From the NCBI RefSeq assembly GCF_009914755.1, contig NC_060927.1: a stretch of DNA of 64,000 bases; one strand, given 5' to 3'. Below the pieces are notes generated by a model that was given only the letters and a program-made list of their open reading frames with translations, did no database searches and was not told the origin of the DNA. The position numbers were made by a program, and so were the translations under genes. Positions 13,450 through 24,400 of this stretch are shown here, one piece after another. Numbering within the stretch: position 1 is the stretch's first letter; every line of letters starts with the position of its first letter. Origin of the DNA: the human T2T-CHM13v2.0 reference genome, Homo sapiens.

Positions 13450-15023
13450 TATTTTTAAAAAATAATGCCATAGGCCTATCAGATAATTTAAAATGAAATA
13501 TCTAAAACATTCAGAAAAATTAACAATTTCTACACAGAATCAGGGATACTAATTATAAACATTCTATCAAAGAGTTGTCCAAGTTCCATCTGTGCCATGA
13601 AGATTTTGGCTAAATACAAACTCAATTTTGTTTATTATGTTATATTCAGTTATAAAATTATAATTCTAAATTAGGTCTATTTGAAAGATGGATACCACAT
13701 TTAAGAGAAATGGTTCACATTACATGTTCTCAATATTTTTTGTTGTCCTCAATATTTTTAGTTTCCCATATGTTATTAAAACCTAAATCAGTTTTAGAGA
13801 AATTATAGAACAAATTCTGTGTTCATGTGAAAGAGCCCTTTCCAAACATACAACTTTTTCAGAATATTGTATTTCTTCCTTTAACTTAGTTGCCTGCTGT
13901 CAATGGTGACCCATCCAAGATAAGGCAAAAACCCACCTGAGAGTATGTGCCCAGTAGCACAAGTTTCAATGAAAGTCTTTCTTCAATAATATGACCTTAT
14001 TTAAAGGAACTAGTACCTACTGGGACAACTTACTACTTTGATTTTGGTTTTCTTGTATACATACTACTTTATAAATCTTTCCTGTATTTTCACCACTCTT
14101 ATGTATAAACTTTTGCATACCCACATATATTTAATTAATTGTAATTTTCAATTTTCTAATTTCTGTTGTTGATACACACATAATAATGAAAAAATAACAT
14201 GTTAGTCTTTTAAATTCCATATGTGTAATAGTTGGAATATTAAAATTAACATTTGATTTTAATAAAAGACCTAAAAAATAGTAAATTGTATGCATATATG
14301 TTTCTGGGTTTAGGCAGGATCTGATGTTAAACAATTTATAACATGTGGAAAGATGTCTTGAAACTTCCAGACTAAGATCCAGAAAACAAAGATTTTAACT
14401 GAAATCTTTGTAAGCTCTGGTCTCCTGGATCAGCACATTTGAAGGCTTAGCCTAATAGGCATTGTGTAATGTGGTGCCTTAAGGAAACTTAGTCATCATA
14501 TGTAGCTGTTAGAAGTGTATAAAAGCATTTTTCCTTAGACACTATATAATAATAATCATTGTAGGGGAGCAAAAATGTCTTTCTTTCACCCTTCTAGGTT
14601 CTTTGGACGAACTATGTATTAAATTGGTATAGATTAAAAGAAGAAAAACCATATTTACTCCATATATATGCAGGAGAGTCTCACAAAATATGAGACCCAC
14701 AGGATGGCCAGATGAAGGAAGCTTATATAGCATCCTGGGCTGCAGAACCAAAGACAGGATTGGGACTTCTGGAGGGTGATGGTGACACAAGTTATGGGAA
14801 GGTGAGGGGAGAACATGCATGGTGAATAAAGGTTGTCTTGTTATGCAGATAAGAAGTCTCATATAAGAAAAGTTGTCTCTGAGCAGCTCTCAAAAAATAG
14901 GTCTGTCTGGAGGTGCTGTCCACCTTCAGTCTCCTCTCCTATGATCTGAGTTAATCTTCCCTGGTTGATAAGGTTCCTGGGGAGAAGATTCAGGACATTT
15001 GACTTCCTTTTTTAGGATCCCTC

Positions 15024-15576
15024 TGTTAGAAACAAGAGCTCGGAGTCGCAAGGAAAATGAGCACTCAGATGAAGGATTTCTCAGCAAGGCAAATTTACTT
15101 CTGCAAAGTGGTACTGTTCACACTTCTGCCCACTGTGAGAGCACACCGAACAAAGGAGGGAAGGGGTTTTTATCCCTAACGTGGTTAATCCTTGCCTCTG
15201 TGTCCTGTCCCCATTGGCTAGACTCAGACCACACAATCTAAACTGACCCAATTGGCTACTGTTTAAAATTGAATATGGCTAATTAGACAGGAAGGGAAAG
15301 GCTGTCCATTATGTACAAATGTGTTTGGGCATGTCAGGGCATGGTCGAAGCGGGAAGGGTAGTTTTGGCGGGAAGAGCTGTTTCAGTGGGAGGGGAACAA
15401 AACCCATTGTACCCATTGTACACTGAAAATGAACAAAACCCATTTGTTTGGGACTGGTGGGAGAAGTTGTTTACAGAGCAGGTAGCTTAGGAGAAGGGAC
15501 AGAAAGTTGATCTTGAGAACAAAGAACAAGGAAGTCAGAAATTACACCTTTGAAGAGGTACTTACTGTATCTGACA
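15024..15576 (-). mobile_element. 3' LTR (LTR10B-like)
   Basis: Homologous to 23524-24098. Contains a replaced segment at 15395-15447. Confidence 0.9.
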
Positions 15577-15682
15577 CCTCCTTAGGCACATGTGGGGACT
15601 GAGAGAAAGCCTCTGCCTGCATCTACTGCTCCCCAAGTGTCATCCTCAGTTTAAAGTAATCAGCACACCAAAGTGTCATAGC

Positions 15683-17390
15683 ACACCTATTACAATGGCA
15701 AGATAAGTAAGGATTGAGGGCATAAGTCCTTTGCATTTGTCGAACCATTTTTCCATTAAATTAGTGAAGGGATTGTTTATTCCTGAATTTTTAGCTAGTT
15801 CATTGGATAAAGCAGTAAGACCTTGTAATCCTTTTGCTACGGTTCCCTCAGAAGCAGTATTATTAGGTATAAAAGGACAACATTGAGTTCCAATCAGGAC
15901 ACAAACTCCACCTTTCTCTGCTAGTATCATGTCTAATGCCATTCTATTTTCCCAAGTCATTTGGCTGATGGGTCCTAATTGTTTAGTTATCCCTTTAATA
16001 GCATCTCTAGTATAGTTAACAAATCATTGTTAATTTTAATAGATGTAATTTATCCAATCTACATTTTTATTTACAGTTAACCACCAGAATAGTACAAACT
16101 CAAACCCTGTAACTATCTGATTTTGGGCCTTAAATTCATCTGGCACTCCTCTCGGGACTCCAGTGGCATCTATGTAAACATGAGGGACAAAGGACCCATG
16201 AGGGGCATCTGTTGTTTCACAATGGTTTCTCTTTATCCTTTTTGGTTGATGAAATGCTAGGGTGAAAGAAATGGCCAATTGGATGAGAGCACAAGTGCCA
16301 CTCCAGTTACTTGGCAGAGTGTCCAGTAATGGTCCTCCACAATATCACCATACATCTGCTCAGGGATGGATCAGGGCAGACTGATTTGTCAGCTCTTGGA
16401 ATGGCGTAAGCTCACTGCATCCCTTTAGATCTCCAAGAAATGTTAAGTTTTCCCCTTGTTGTGAAAGACACGAGGTAAAATTGGCATCAGGAGACAGAAG
16501 CTGGATGGCCTTCGGGGGCTGACCAGCAGGGTGCGGGACTTGAAGGAATAGCAGAGAGAGAGCTCGGCATAATTCATTACCCCAGGCTGTAGATGAGACC
16601 TACCATACAGTTCATGCCTGATTGTTTGGAGGACCATCCGAGTGGAAAGGGGACAATCTGGGCCTCTGGCCTGCTGTGCGAACAAGTGTAACACTCAATT
16701 TTGCTTAGAGTGTAGATGGAATATTTAATCCATTCCAGGCACGCATTTGCATCTTTGTACCCTGTCTCTAAAGCTATAGTCTGCCTTAAATCTTTTACCT
16801 CCACCCTGAGTTGGGTCTTCTGGAGATGGGGGGAGAACAATGGGCCTCCCATTGTTTGGGGAGAGCGTTGGGTCCCATATGTTTCCCCAGACTCTGGGTC
16901 TGGATTTCTTTATTGTTTTTAGCTGATGGTCTAGCCAACCTCAAAGAGAAGATTCCTATGGGGTCCTGTCCTCTAACATCTGCTCCTAACCCATACCATT
17001 CGAATATGGAGGGTTCTTTGGCCATTGTTTGGGGATTATCTATAATTAGCAAGAAGGGGTTACACTGCTATGACTTACAATTTGTTGGGGTGGGACCATG
17101 AATAAGTTGGAGTTTCTGTTTCAGTCTTCACAACTTGTTTGAAGAAGGGGGCCTGGCTGTCCACCCTCCATATTGGGTGGTCCGCCAAACATCCGTCCAG
17201 TTACCACAGGGACTTTGTAAGGCTCCATACTTATACTTAGTTAACTCACTACGGTATGGACATAGATACTGATCTACATTTGATAGCTGCCTTTGAGCTC
17301 GTCCGTCTCCACATTAGATGACTGAACAAGCATCGAACTGAAGGGTTAAGGGATGGTTAGTTTGAGTCACACTGATGACGAGGTGACTTT
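15683..17390 (-). pseudogene. env: ERV env remnant, frameshifted and truncated within the TM helix
   Basis: Basic cleavage-like KRIKR; GVPRGVPDEFKAQNQI; immunosuppressive domain ENRMALDMILAEKGGVC; CX6CC motif CVLIGTQCC; TM segment ILTYLAIVIGVL then stop. The 5' boundary is approximate. Confidence 0.9.
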
Positions 17391-17399
17391 CTATTGGAA

Positions 17400-20300
17400 A
17401 GAAAGGGAAAATAAACAAGTGATTATTAAGCCCTTTTTAGAGTTAATTTGGTGGGGTGGGCACTGGGGTGACAACCCATTTTTTCTCTGGCTGGAGAAGC
17501 CACTCCTTTCACCCACGTGTGTTGTGTCTATCCCCTTTTGGCCATGCAGACCATGGTTTCTGCAGTTAGAAGCACTAGATAGGGTACTCCCCAAGCCAGT
17601 TCAAGTTTTCCTTCTTTCCAGCTTTTGATGAGAACGTGATGCCCAGGCTGACGCTGATGTGCTGGAAACTCCAAGGGTGGCGTCTGTGCTAAAAGGCCTT
17701 TTGTTCTGAGAGAAGAGAAAGTGGAAGACAGACCAAGTATATAGATCCTGAGAAACTGGTCTTTAGTTTCAATCATAAGAATGTCAGCAGTGGAGTGTAA
17801 ATAAGGCAACCCATATAGCATTTCATAAGGAGATAAGCCAATATCATTCCAAGGGGCAGTTCGGACCCTCAATAAGGCATTAGGTCCATGATAGTCGAGT
17901 CTCTAAAACTCATGTGGTTAGGTGGCATTTTAGGGCTTGGTTCATTCTTTCTACTCTTCCTGATGAAGGTGGGTGCCAGAGGGTATGCTATTCCCACCTT
18001 ACTTCTAATACTTGGGTTAGCTTTTTAATGACAGGTGCAGTGAAATGGGTTCCATTATCTGAATCAATATTTTCTATTAATCCAAACCAGGTAAAATATT
18101 TTTGATGAATGCCTTAACTACATTACTGGCAGCTGCACTTGAAAAGAGAAGCTTTTACCCAGTGAGTAAGGTGATCCACTATTACTAGTAGATACTTTAG
18201 GCGATCTATTGGGAGCATTTCAGTGTAATCTATTTGGATGCTTTGGAATGGACTTAATCCTGGGTTTCCTCCTCCAAGGGGTGGTTTTCTTAGGGTTTGC
18301 TTACTGGTTTTTTTTGTTTGTTTGTTTGTTTTTTTTTTTTTTTGAGACGGAGTCTCACTGTGTCGCCCGGGCTGGAGTGCAGTGGCACGATCTTGGCTCA
18401 CTGCAAGCTCTGTCTCCTGGGTTCATGCCATTCTCCTGCTGCAGCCTCCTGAGTAGCTGGGACTACAGGTGCCCACCACCACGCCTGGCTAATTTTTTGT
18501 ATTTTTAGTAGAGACGGGTTTTTGCCGTGTTAGCCAGGATGGTCTCGATCTCCTGACCTCGTGATCCGCCCGCCTCGGCCTCCCAAAGTGCTGGGATTAC
18601 AGGCATGAGCCACCATGCCCAACCTGCTTACTAGTTTTTATGCATATTAAACAACTATCTGTAACTTGTTTTGTTACAGCATAAATTCCTATAGATCCAT
18701 AGACTCTAAGAACTGCATCACACATAGCTTGAGGTCCCCAGTGGGTTCCTTGATGCAGCTGAGATAAAACCTCCCTCATGAGAGATTAGGCTAGCATTTC
18801 TCTTTGATCTGGTAACATCCATTTTCCTTTTGAGTTTTCCTTGGCTCCTATTATTAATTTCTTCTTTTCAAGATGGGGGAAGATGGGAATGGCAGTTGGG
18901 GGAGAAAGGCAAGGGTGAGGTGAAAAACAGGCGTTTCAGAGAAAACAGTGGCTTGTTTGGCTATTTGGTCTGTGAGGTTATTCCCTCAGCTTTCAAAAGA
19001 AAGATTTGTCTGGTGTCCTGAAACATGGACAATAGCTATTTCTTCTGGCAACTGAAGGTTATGTAATACCTGGGTGATTAATTCTTTGTGGATGAAGTCT
19101 TGGTTTTTGCTATTAATGAGACCTCGTTCAGTCCAAATTTTCCCGAAGGTATGGGCTACCCTGAAGGCATACCTATAATCAGTATAAATAGTCTCTTCTT
19201 GGTTTTGTAAATGTTTTAAAGCTTGATTTAATGCAAACAATTCACATGTTTGGGCTGACCAATTATTGGGCTATCTTCCTGACTCTACTTCTTCAAGAGC
19301 TTCCCCATAGACCACTGAATACCCATTATGCCTTTTTCCCCCAGTTACCCAGGAGGAGCCATCTATTAATAGATGTTGTCCTGTTTTGAAAGGGCTCTCT
19401 CTTAAATTGGGCCTGATCTTTGTGTGATAATCAATTAAATCTAAACATTTATGCTCAGGTCCTTTTGGATTTGGGTTCCCTGTCAGGAAACCTGCTGGGC
19501 TAAGTGAATTATCAGTGGTTAATGTTAAGCCATCTCTTTCTAATAAGATAGCTTCATACTTTAAAATCCTTGATTCGGTGAGCCATCTTCCTGCCTTTTG
19601 ATTTAAGATTGTCCTAACTTGATGGGGTGTGCTCACCACCAATTTCCCCCAAAGATTAGCTTCCTGCTTTCTTCAGTTAACAGGTGGTAGCCATGATAGA
19701 TTGAATGTATTCAAGCCGCCCACAGGTTACTGGGTCTAAAACTGTGGTTGTCTGTGGCCCCCATGCTCTTGAGAAGCAGCCCTAAAGCTACCCCCTTGTT
19801 TGCATTAATGAAAAGGTGAAGTGGTTTTTCTAGGAAGGCAGGGCTAAGATGGGAGCAGTGATGAGTAGGTGTTTTAACTCCTCACCCTGGTGGGTTTCAT
19901 CAGGAGTGAGGAAGGAGAGGGTGAGGCTTTTCCTGGGTGACCTTCAGGTATAAGGGTTTTGTCTTTAGGGCATAAGAATCAATCCATAGTTGGCAATACC
20001 CAACTAATCCCCAAAATTTTCTGAGCTCTTGCTTGGTTTTAGGCAAAGGTAAAGACATGATTCCTTGGACTCGTTTGAGCCCTATCCTTCGCTCGTCTTT
20101 GCTTATTAAGTGTCCTAAATATTTAACCTCAGGTTCCACGAATTGGAGCTTTCCTTTTGAAAGCTCATATTCCCTTCTCTTGTAAATAGTTAAGAAGGTG
20201 TGTGGAGAAAGCAGCCAGCTGCTCTATAGCCTCACCAGATAAAAGCAGGTCTTCCACATATTGGAGCAAGCATATGTGTTTCAGGATACAAATTTTTTCT

Positions 20301-20800
20301 AGAACCTGTTCTAGGATTTGACCAAAGAGGTTAGGTGAATCTGTGAACACTTGGGTCAAGACTGCCCATCAGTATTGTTGCTTTCGTCCAGAATGAGGAT
20401 CTTCCCATTCAAAAGCAAATATGTCCCTGCTGTCCTCAGCCAAGGGGCATGCCCAGAAGGCATCTTTTAAGTCTATCACTATAATCCATTGATGGTCATA
20501 TGGTATTTTGCTAAGGATAGTGTAAGTGTTGGGAACAAGAGGGTGGGTAATCTGGACTATTTGGCTAATAGCTCTGAGGTCTTGCACTAGTTGCTATGAC
20601 CCATCTGATTCCTTTACAGGCAATATTGGAGTGTTATAAGGTGACATACAGGGTTCAAGAAGCTTATCTTGAATGAGACCTTCTACTACAGGTTTTAGGC
20701 CTATTCTGCCCTCTAGAGGAATGGGATATTGCTTTCTTCTATTTCCCTTGGGGTTTTTTAACTTTATAAGTACTGGGGCTACTTGAAGTCTTCCTCAATT
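17400..20800 (-). pseudogene. pol: ERV pol remnant (RT, RNase H, integrase), with many stops/frameshifts and an Alu insertion
   Basis: QDLRAI, IDLKDAF, QYVEDLLL (from YVDD), IDGSS, HQGTHWG...CLIC zinc motif, [16 protein letters not shown]. Confidence 0.92.
18312..18624 (-). mobile_element. AluY inserted in the integrase region
   Basis: Full Alu with AluY diagnostics. TSD tgcttact[g/a]gtttt at 18298-18311 and 18625-18638. Confidence 0.93.
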
Positions 20801-21220
20801 TCCTTCTCTCGCCCATACATCAGGATGAATGTATTTTTCATCTCCAGTGGTGACTAGATTTAATGAGGTAAGAAATCCATTTGGACAGACATGTAGGCCT
20901 GTATCTAGTTTTAGCATTAAATCTCTTCCTAACAGGTTAGTTCCTGCCTCAGGGGTTAACAGATATTGAACGTGGGTTGATCGATTTTTATATTTGACCT
21001 CTGTGTCTTCTAAGAATCTTCCTTTAAACCCTTCTCCCTTCACCCCCGAGACAAAAAGTTCTTCTGAGGAGCAAGGGGCATTAGGTAAAGAGAAACAAAT
21101 AGAGGAGCGAGATGCTCCTAAATCTATTAAAAAGATTATAACTTCATGTTTGGGTCCCATCTCTGAATTTATCAAGGGCTCTTGGTGGGATTCAAGATAA
21201 AAAGAGCAGAGCTCCTGACC
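20795..21220 (-). pseudogene. pro: ERV protease remnant
   Basis: FLIDLGASRSS (degenerate DTGA motif) and NLLGRDLM. Confidence 0.85.
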
Positions 21221-21223
21221 TCC

Positions 21224-22897
21224 CTATTCTCCTTCAAAAGCCCCAAGTGGAATGACTTCTTTATTCTTCTCCCATTTGGGACATTCTCTCTTAAAATGAC
21301 CTACTACTTCATATTTGAAGCATTTATTTTTTCCTCCCTCCCTTCCAGTTCTGAGGTTCCCTGGTCTCAACTCTCTATGTCCTTTATATTGTCTAGCATG
21401 TGAGGACTTAAACCCTTTGTAAGTTTTAGCCCCCCATAGGCCTTGTTTAGGGGGTGTGGGTCCCTTGGTAACAGAGAGTAGTATCAGTGGACCTCGTCTT
21501 TTGGAACCCCTGTTAGAAGGTGGATAACATAATTTTTGCTTTTTGTTTCTGCTATTCTTCATCTCTTCTCATATATACTTTTTGAGCTTCTCTTAAAAGC
21601 TCTTCAATAGTCCAGTATTTCCAATTCTTTATCGTTTGTAATTTCTTAGCAATATCTGGCCAACTGTTTGTAACAAAATGTAACTTAACTTTCCCTGCCC
21701 AAGAGGGTCTTCTAAATCTAGGCCTGCATATTTTCTCATTTGCTCTTTCAGCCTATCTAGGAATTCCATCAGTCCTTCATCCTTTCTTTGTTGTATATCG
21801 AACACTTAGGAAATATTTTAGATTTGGGGTACTGATTCCCAAATTCCTTTTATTACCATTTCCCTGAGATCTCTCATATTCTCTCAGTGATTTGCATTGT
21901 TATTGTCCCATTGAGGATCTTGGGCTGGAAATTTGTGGTCTGCCACAGGAACATTTTGGCCAGGAGGATGTTCACTTTCTCAGACTACCATAGTCACCCT
22001 ATGGATCATGCTTCCTTCTTCCCTTGAAAAGAGGATGCCCAGGATGGACATTAACTTGGCCCAAGTATACAGCTGTGACCCTAAGAATTGATCAATTTTA
22101 TCTGCTACCCCACAAGTGTCATCTAACAATGACTTGAGCTCCTTTTTTAAATTTTGAACTTCTGAGATAGTTAAGGGAGCATTTCCGAAGCCGATGCCTC
22201 CTCCTCCAAGGGGAACTTCCCTTAAGGGGAAGAGAGTTGGGGCCGATTTCTTAGAGGTGGAGGGGAAAGAGAAGTTCTGAATATCCTTTTTACACTGTTC
22301 TATCTCACGCTGGAGCCTTCCTGGAGAAGATATAGACACAGGCGTGTGGTTAGGGAAGGCAGGGGGCATAGGGGCAGGCATTGACTTGGAGTTATATGGA
22401 GGAGGAATTGAGTGAGGAGGGTCTTGTGTGTCTGCTTGGGGTGTGGAATTTGGTGGAGGTGGGTGGTCTAGTGGGTCCCATACATTGGTGGGTTGTTTTG
22501 GGGTAGAGGTCTTACTTTCCTCAGAGGAGCTGGTTTCTGGCTTACTTCCTCTAGCTTTTAGGGGGTAAAGAAGGACGCATCCCTGCCACCAACACAGGGC
22601 ATAATCTGTTTCCTCCTGGGAGATGGGACTCTTGTCATTGACATACTCTATTAGAAGTTGACAAATCCAATCCTCATTTGACCCAAATGTTGGCCAGAAA
22701 ACTGAGCATTTGAGGAGGGGCTCTGTGGTCCAAATGAAACAACAATATTTTATCATTTGTTGTTTTTTCTTATGTTTAGTCCTTTCATTATCCCTCCAAT
22801 ATTTTAACATGAGACCTAAGGGAATATCAGAGGGAATGTTATTATTATCACTAGCTTTATCCCTTTTATTTCCTGTCTTAGTTGGGATGTTTCCCAT
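21224..22897 (-). pseudogene. gag: ERV gag remnant; first 305 codons open (22897-21980)
   Basis: N-terminal MGNIP (myristoylation-type), PPPY late domain, LFPLREVP, degenerate zinc knuckle CFKYEVVGHFKREC, and TAG at the gag-pro junction. Confidence 0.9.
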
Positions 22898-23502
22898 CCT
22901 GGAGGTTTGGTGTGAGGCTCAATCCCTCATGTTAGAGATTTCATGCCTTCCCTTCTCTAGAGGCTTGCTGAGGCTTAATCCCTCATATTAGAGATTTCTT
23001 GCCTTCCCTTCTCTAGAGATTTAAGCCCCCCCTGCTGGAGTTCTCTTGCACTCCTTTCCTTTCGCTTCATCCTTCTCTGGCCTCTTCCCTCACAGGAATT
23101 CAGGTCTCTCTTAGCATTGGCATGTCAGTATAAGCCCCACAGCAGGAATCCACCATAAGCCGTATGAGGTGACTACGGAACCACAGACCCAGACTCTGCA
23201 CTCACTTTGTGTTTAATTGTGCATCTCATTCACACACCGCACACATTCAACCTTCAAGATGTCCCAACCACTGAGGAAATACTTTGTCACCCCCGCAACT
23301 TTTCTTACCTTGGTCTGTGCACAGAGTTACCTGGTTGCTGCAGTACGTGAGGATCCTTTTCACCCCCGTTGCAGAGAGTCCAGGTTTATTCGCCATGCTG
23401 GGGAGGTCTCAATCCCTCATCCCTGAGACTACCACAGCGAGGCAATGGGACACATCTCCTCATGAGAGATGGGTGGGAACCTCTCCCCAGAGCAGAAAGG
23501 CA

Positions 23503-23520
23503 ATCCCAGACAAGCCCCAA
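23503..23520 (-). promoter_or_regulatory. Primer-binding site for tRNA-Pro
   Basis: Minus strand reads TTGGGGCTTGTCTGGGAT versus canonical TGGGGGCTCGTCCGGGAT (15/18), 3 nt inside the 5' LTR. Confidence 0.85.
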
Positions 23521-23523
23521 AGT

Positions 23524-24098
23524 TGTTAGAAACAAGAGCTCGGAGTTGCAAGGAAAACGAGCACTCAGATGAATGATTTCTCAGCAAGGCAAATTTACTT
23601 CTGCAGAAGGGTGCTCTTTGCACTTCTGGCCACTGTGAGAGCACACCAAATAAAGGATTGAACGAGTTTTTATCCCTAACATGGTTAATCCCTGCTTCTG
23701 TGACCTGTCCCCATTGGCTGGAATCAGACTGCACAATCTAAACTGACCCAATTGGCTACTGTTTAAAATTGAATATAGTTAATTAGGCAGGAAGGGAGAG
23801 CCTGTCTGTTATGGTACAAGGCTTATGTTTGGGCATGTCAGGGCGTGGCAAAGCTGGGAAGGGTAGTTTCAGCAGGAATACCTCTTTCAGAGGGAGGGTC
23901 AGTTTACCGAGTGGGTAGCCAGGAGTAAAGAGGACTCTTTCCAAATAAGGAAGAGGTGTGAGTTACAGATTGGGACCTGTGGGATAAGTTGTTTACAGAA
24001 CAGGTAGCTTAGGAGAAGGGACAGAAAGTTGATCTTGAGAACAAAGAACAAGGAAGTCAGAAATTACACCTTTGAAGAGGTACTTACTGTATCTGACA
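23524..24098 (-). mobile_element. 5' LTR (LTR10B-like)
   Basis: Adjacent to the PBS. Minus strand starts tgtcagatacagtaagtacctcttcaaagg; CCAAT boxes present. Confidence 0.9.
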
Positions 24099-24236
24099 CC
24101 TCCTTAGGCACATGTGGGGACTGAGAGAAAGCCTCTGCCTGCATCTACTGCTCCCCAAGTGTCATCCTCAGTTTAAAGTAATCAGCACACCAAAGTGTCA
24201 TAGCTTGAGGTGGCATTTCCTGAACTCCTTCATCAC

Positions 24237-24400
24237 AAATAAAATACTTAATAGAGTAAGCACTCTATAACCGGCTCTGTGCAATGAAGTGTACATATAT
24301 CTCATTTACTCCTCAGAATGATCTTATAATATAGCCACTATTATTGCATCATTTTACAAATAGGGAAAATGAGATTTTAATTTAAAGTTATTAAAAGTCC
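24237..24400 (-). mobile_element. MIR fragment (host of the MER67 insertion)
   Basis: atctcatttactcctcagaa...attattgcatcattttacaaatagggaaaatgag. Confidence 0.6.

Larger units (their letters stand above)
15024..24098 (-). mobile_element. Decayed HERV-IP10-group (gamma-like, LTR10B-type) provirus
   Basis: LTRs at 15024-15576 and 23524-24098 with TG...CA ends; 4-bp TSD cctc at 15020-15023 and 24099-24102; tRNA-Pro PBS; gag-pro-pol-env order on the minus strand. Confidence 0.93.
14560..24232 (-). mobile_element. MER67-family ERV1 solo LTR split by the provirus (14560-15023 and 24099-24232)
   Basis: Starts tgtaggggag...; contains ggtgaataaaggttgtcttgttatgcagat; ends ...ggtggcatttcctgaactccttca. 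Flanks tcat/tcac are a probable TSD. Confidence 0.7.

Noticed and set aside
15020-15682. Reading the left LTR as an independent solo LTR with its own cctc TSD
   Set aside because: The apparent right flank ends after 106 bp and joins env. The true flank continues to the MER67 terminus only at 24099-24232.
15676-17390. Possible co-opted (syncytin-like or secreted) env
   Set aside because: It is split into at least four short frames with stops, so no continuous ORF exists.
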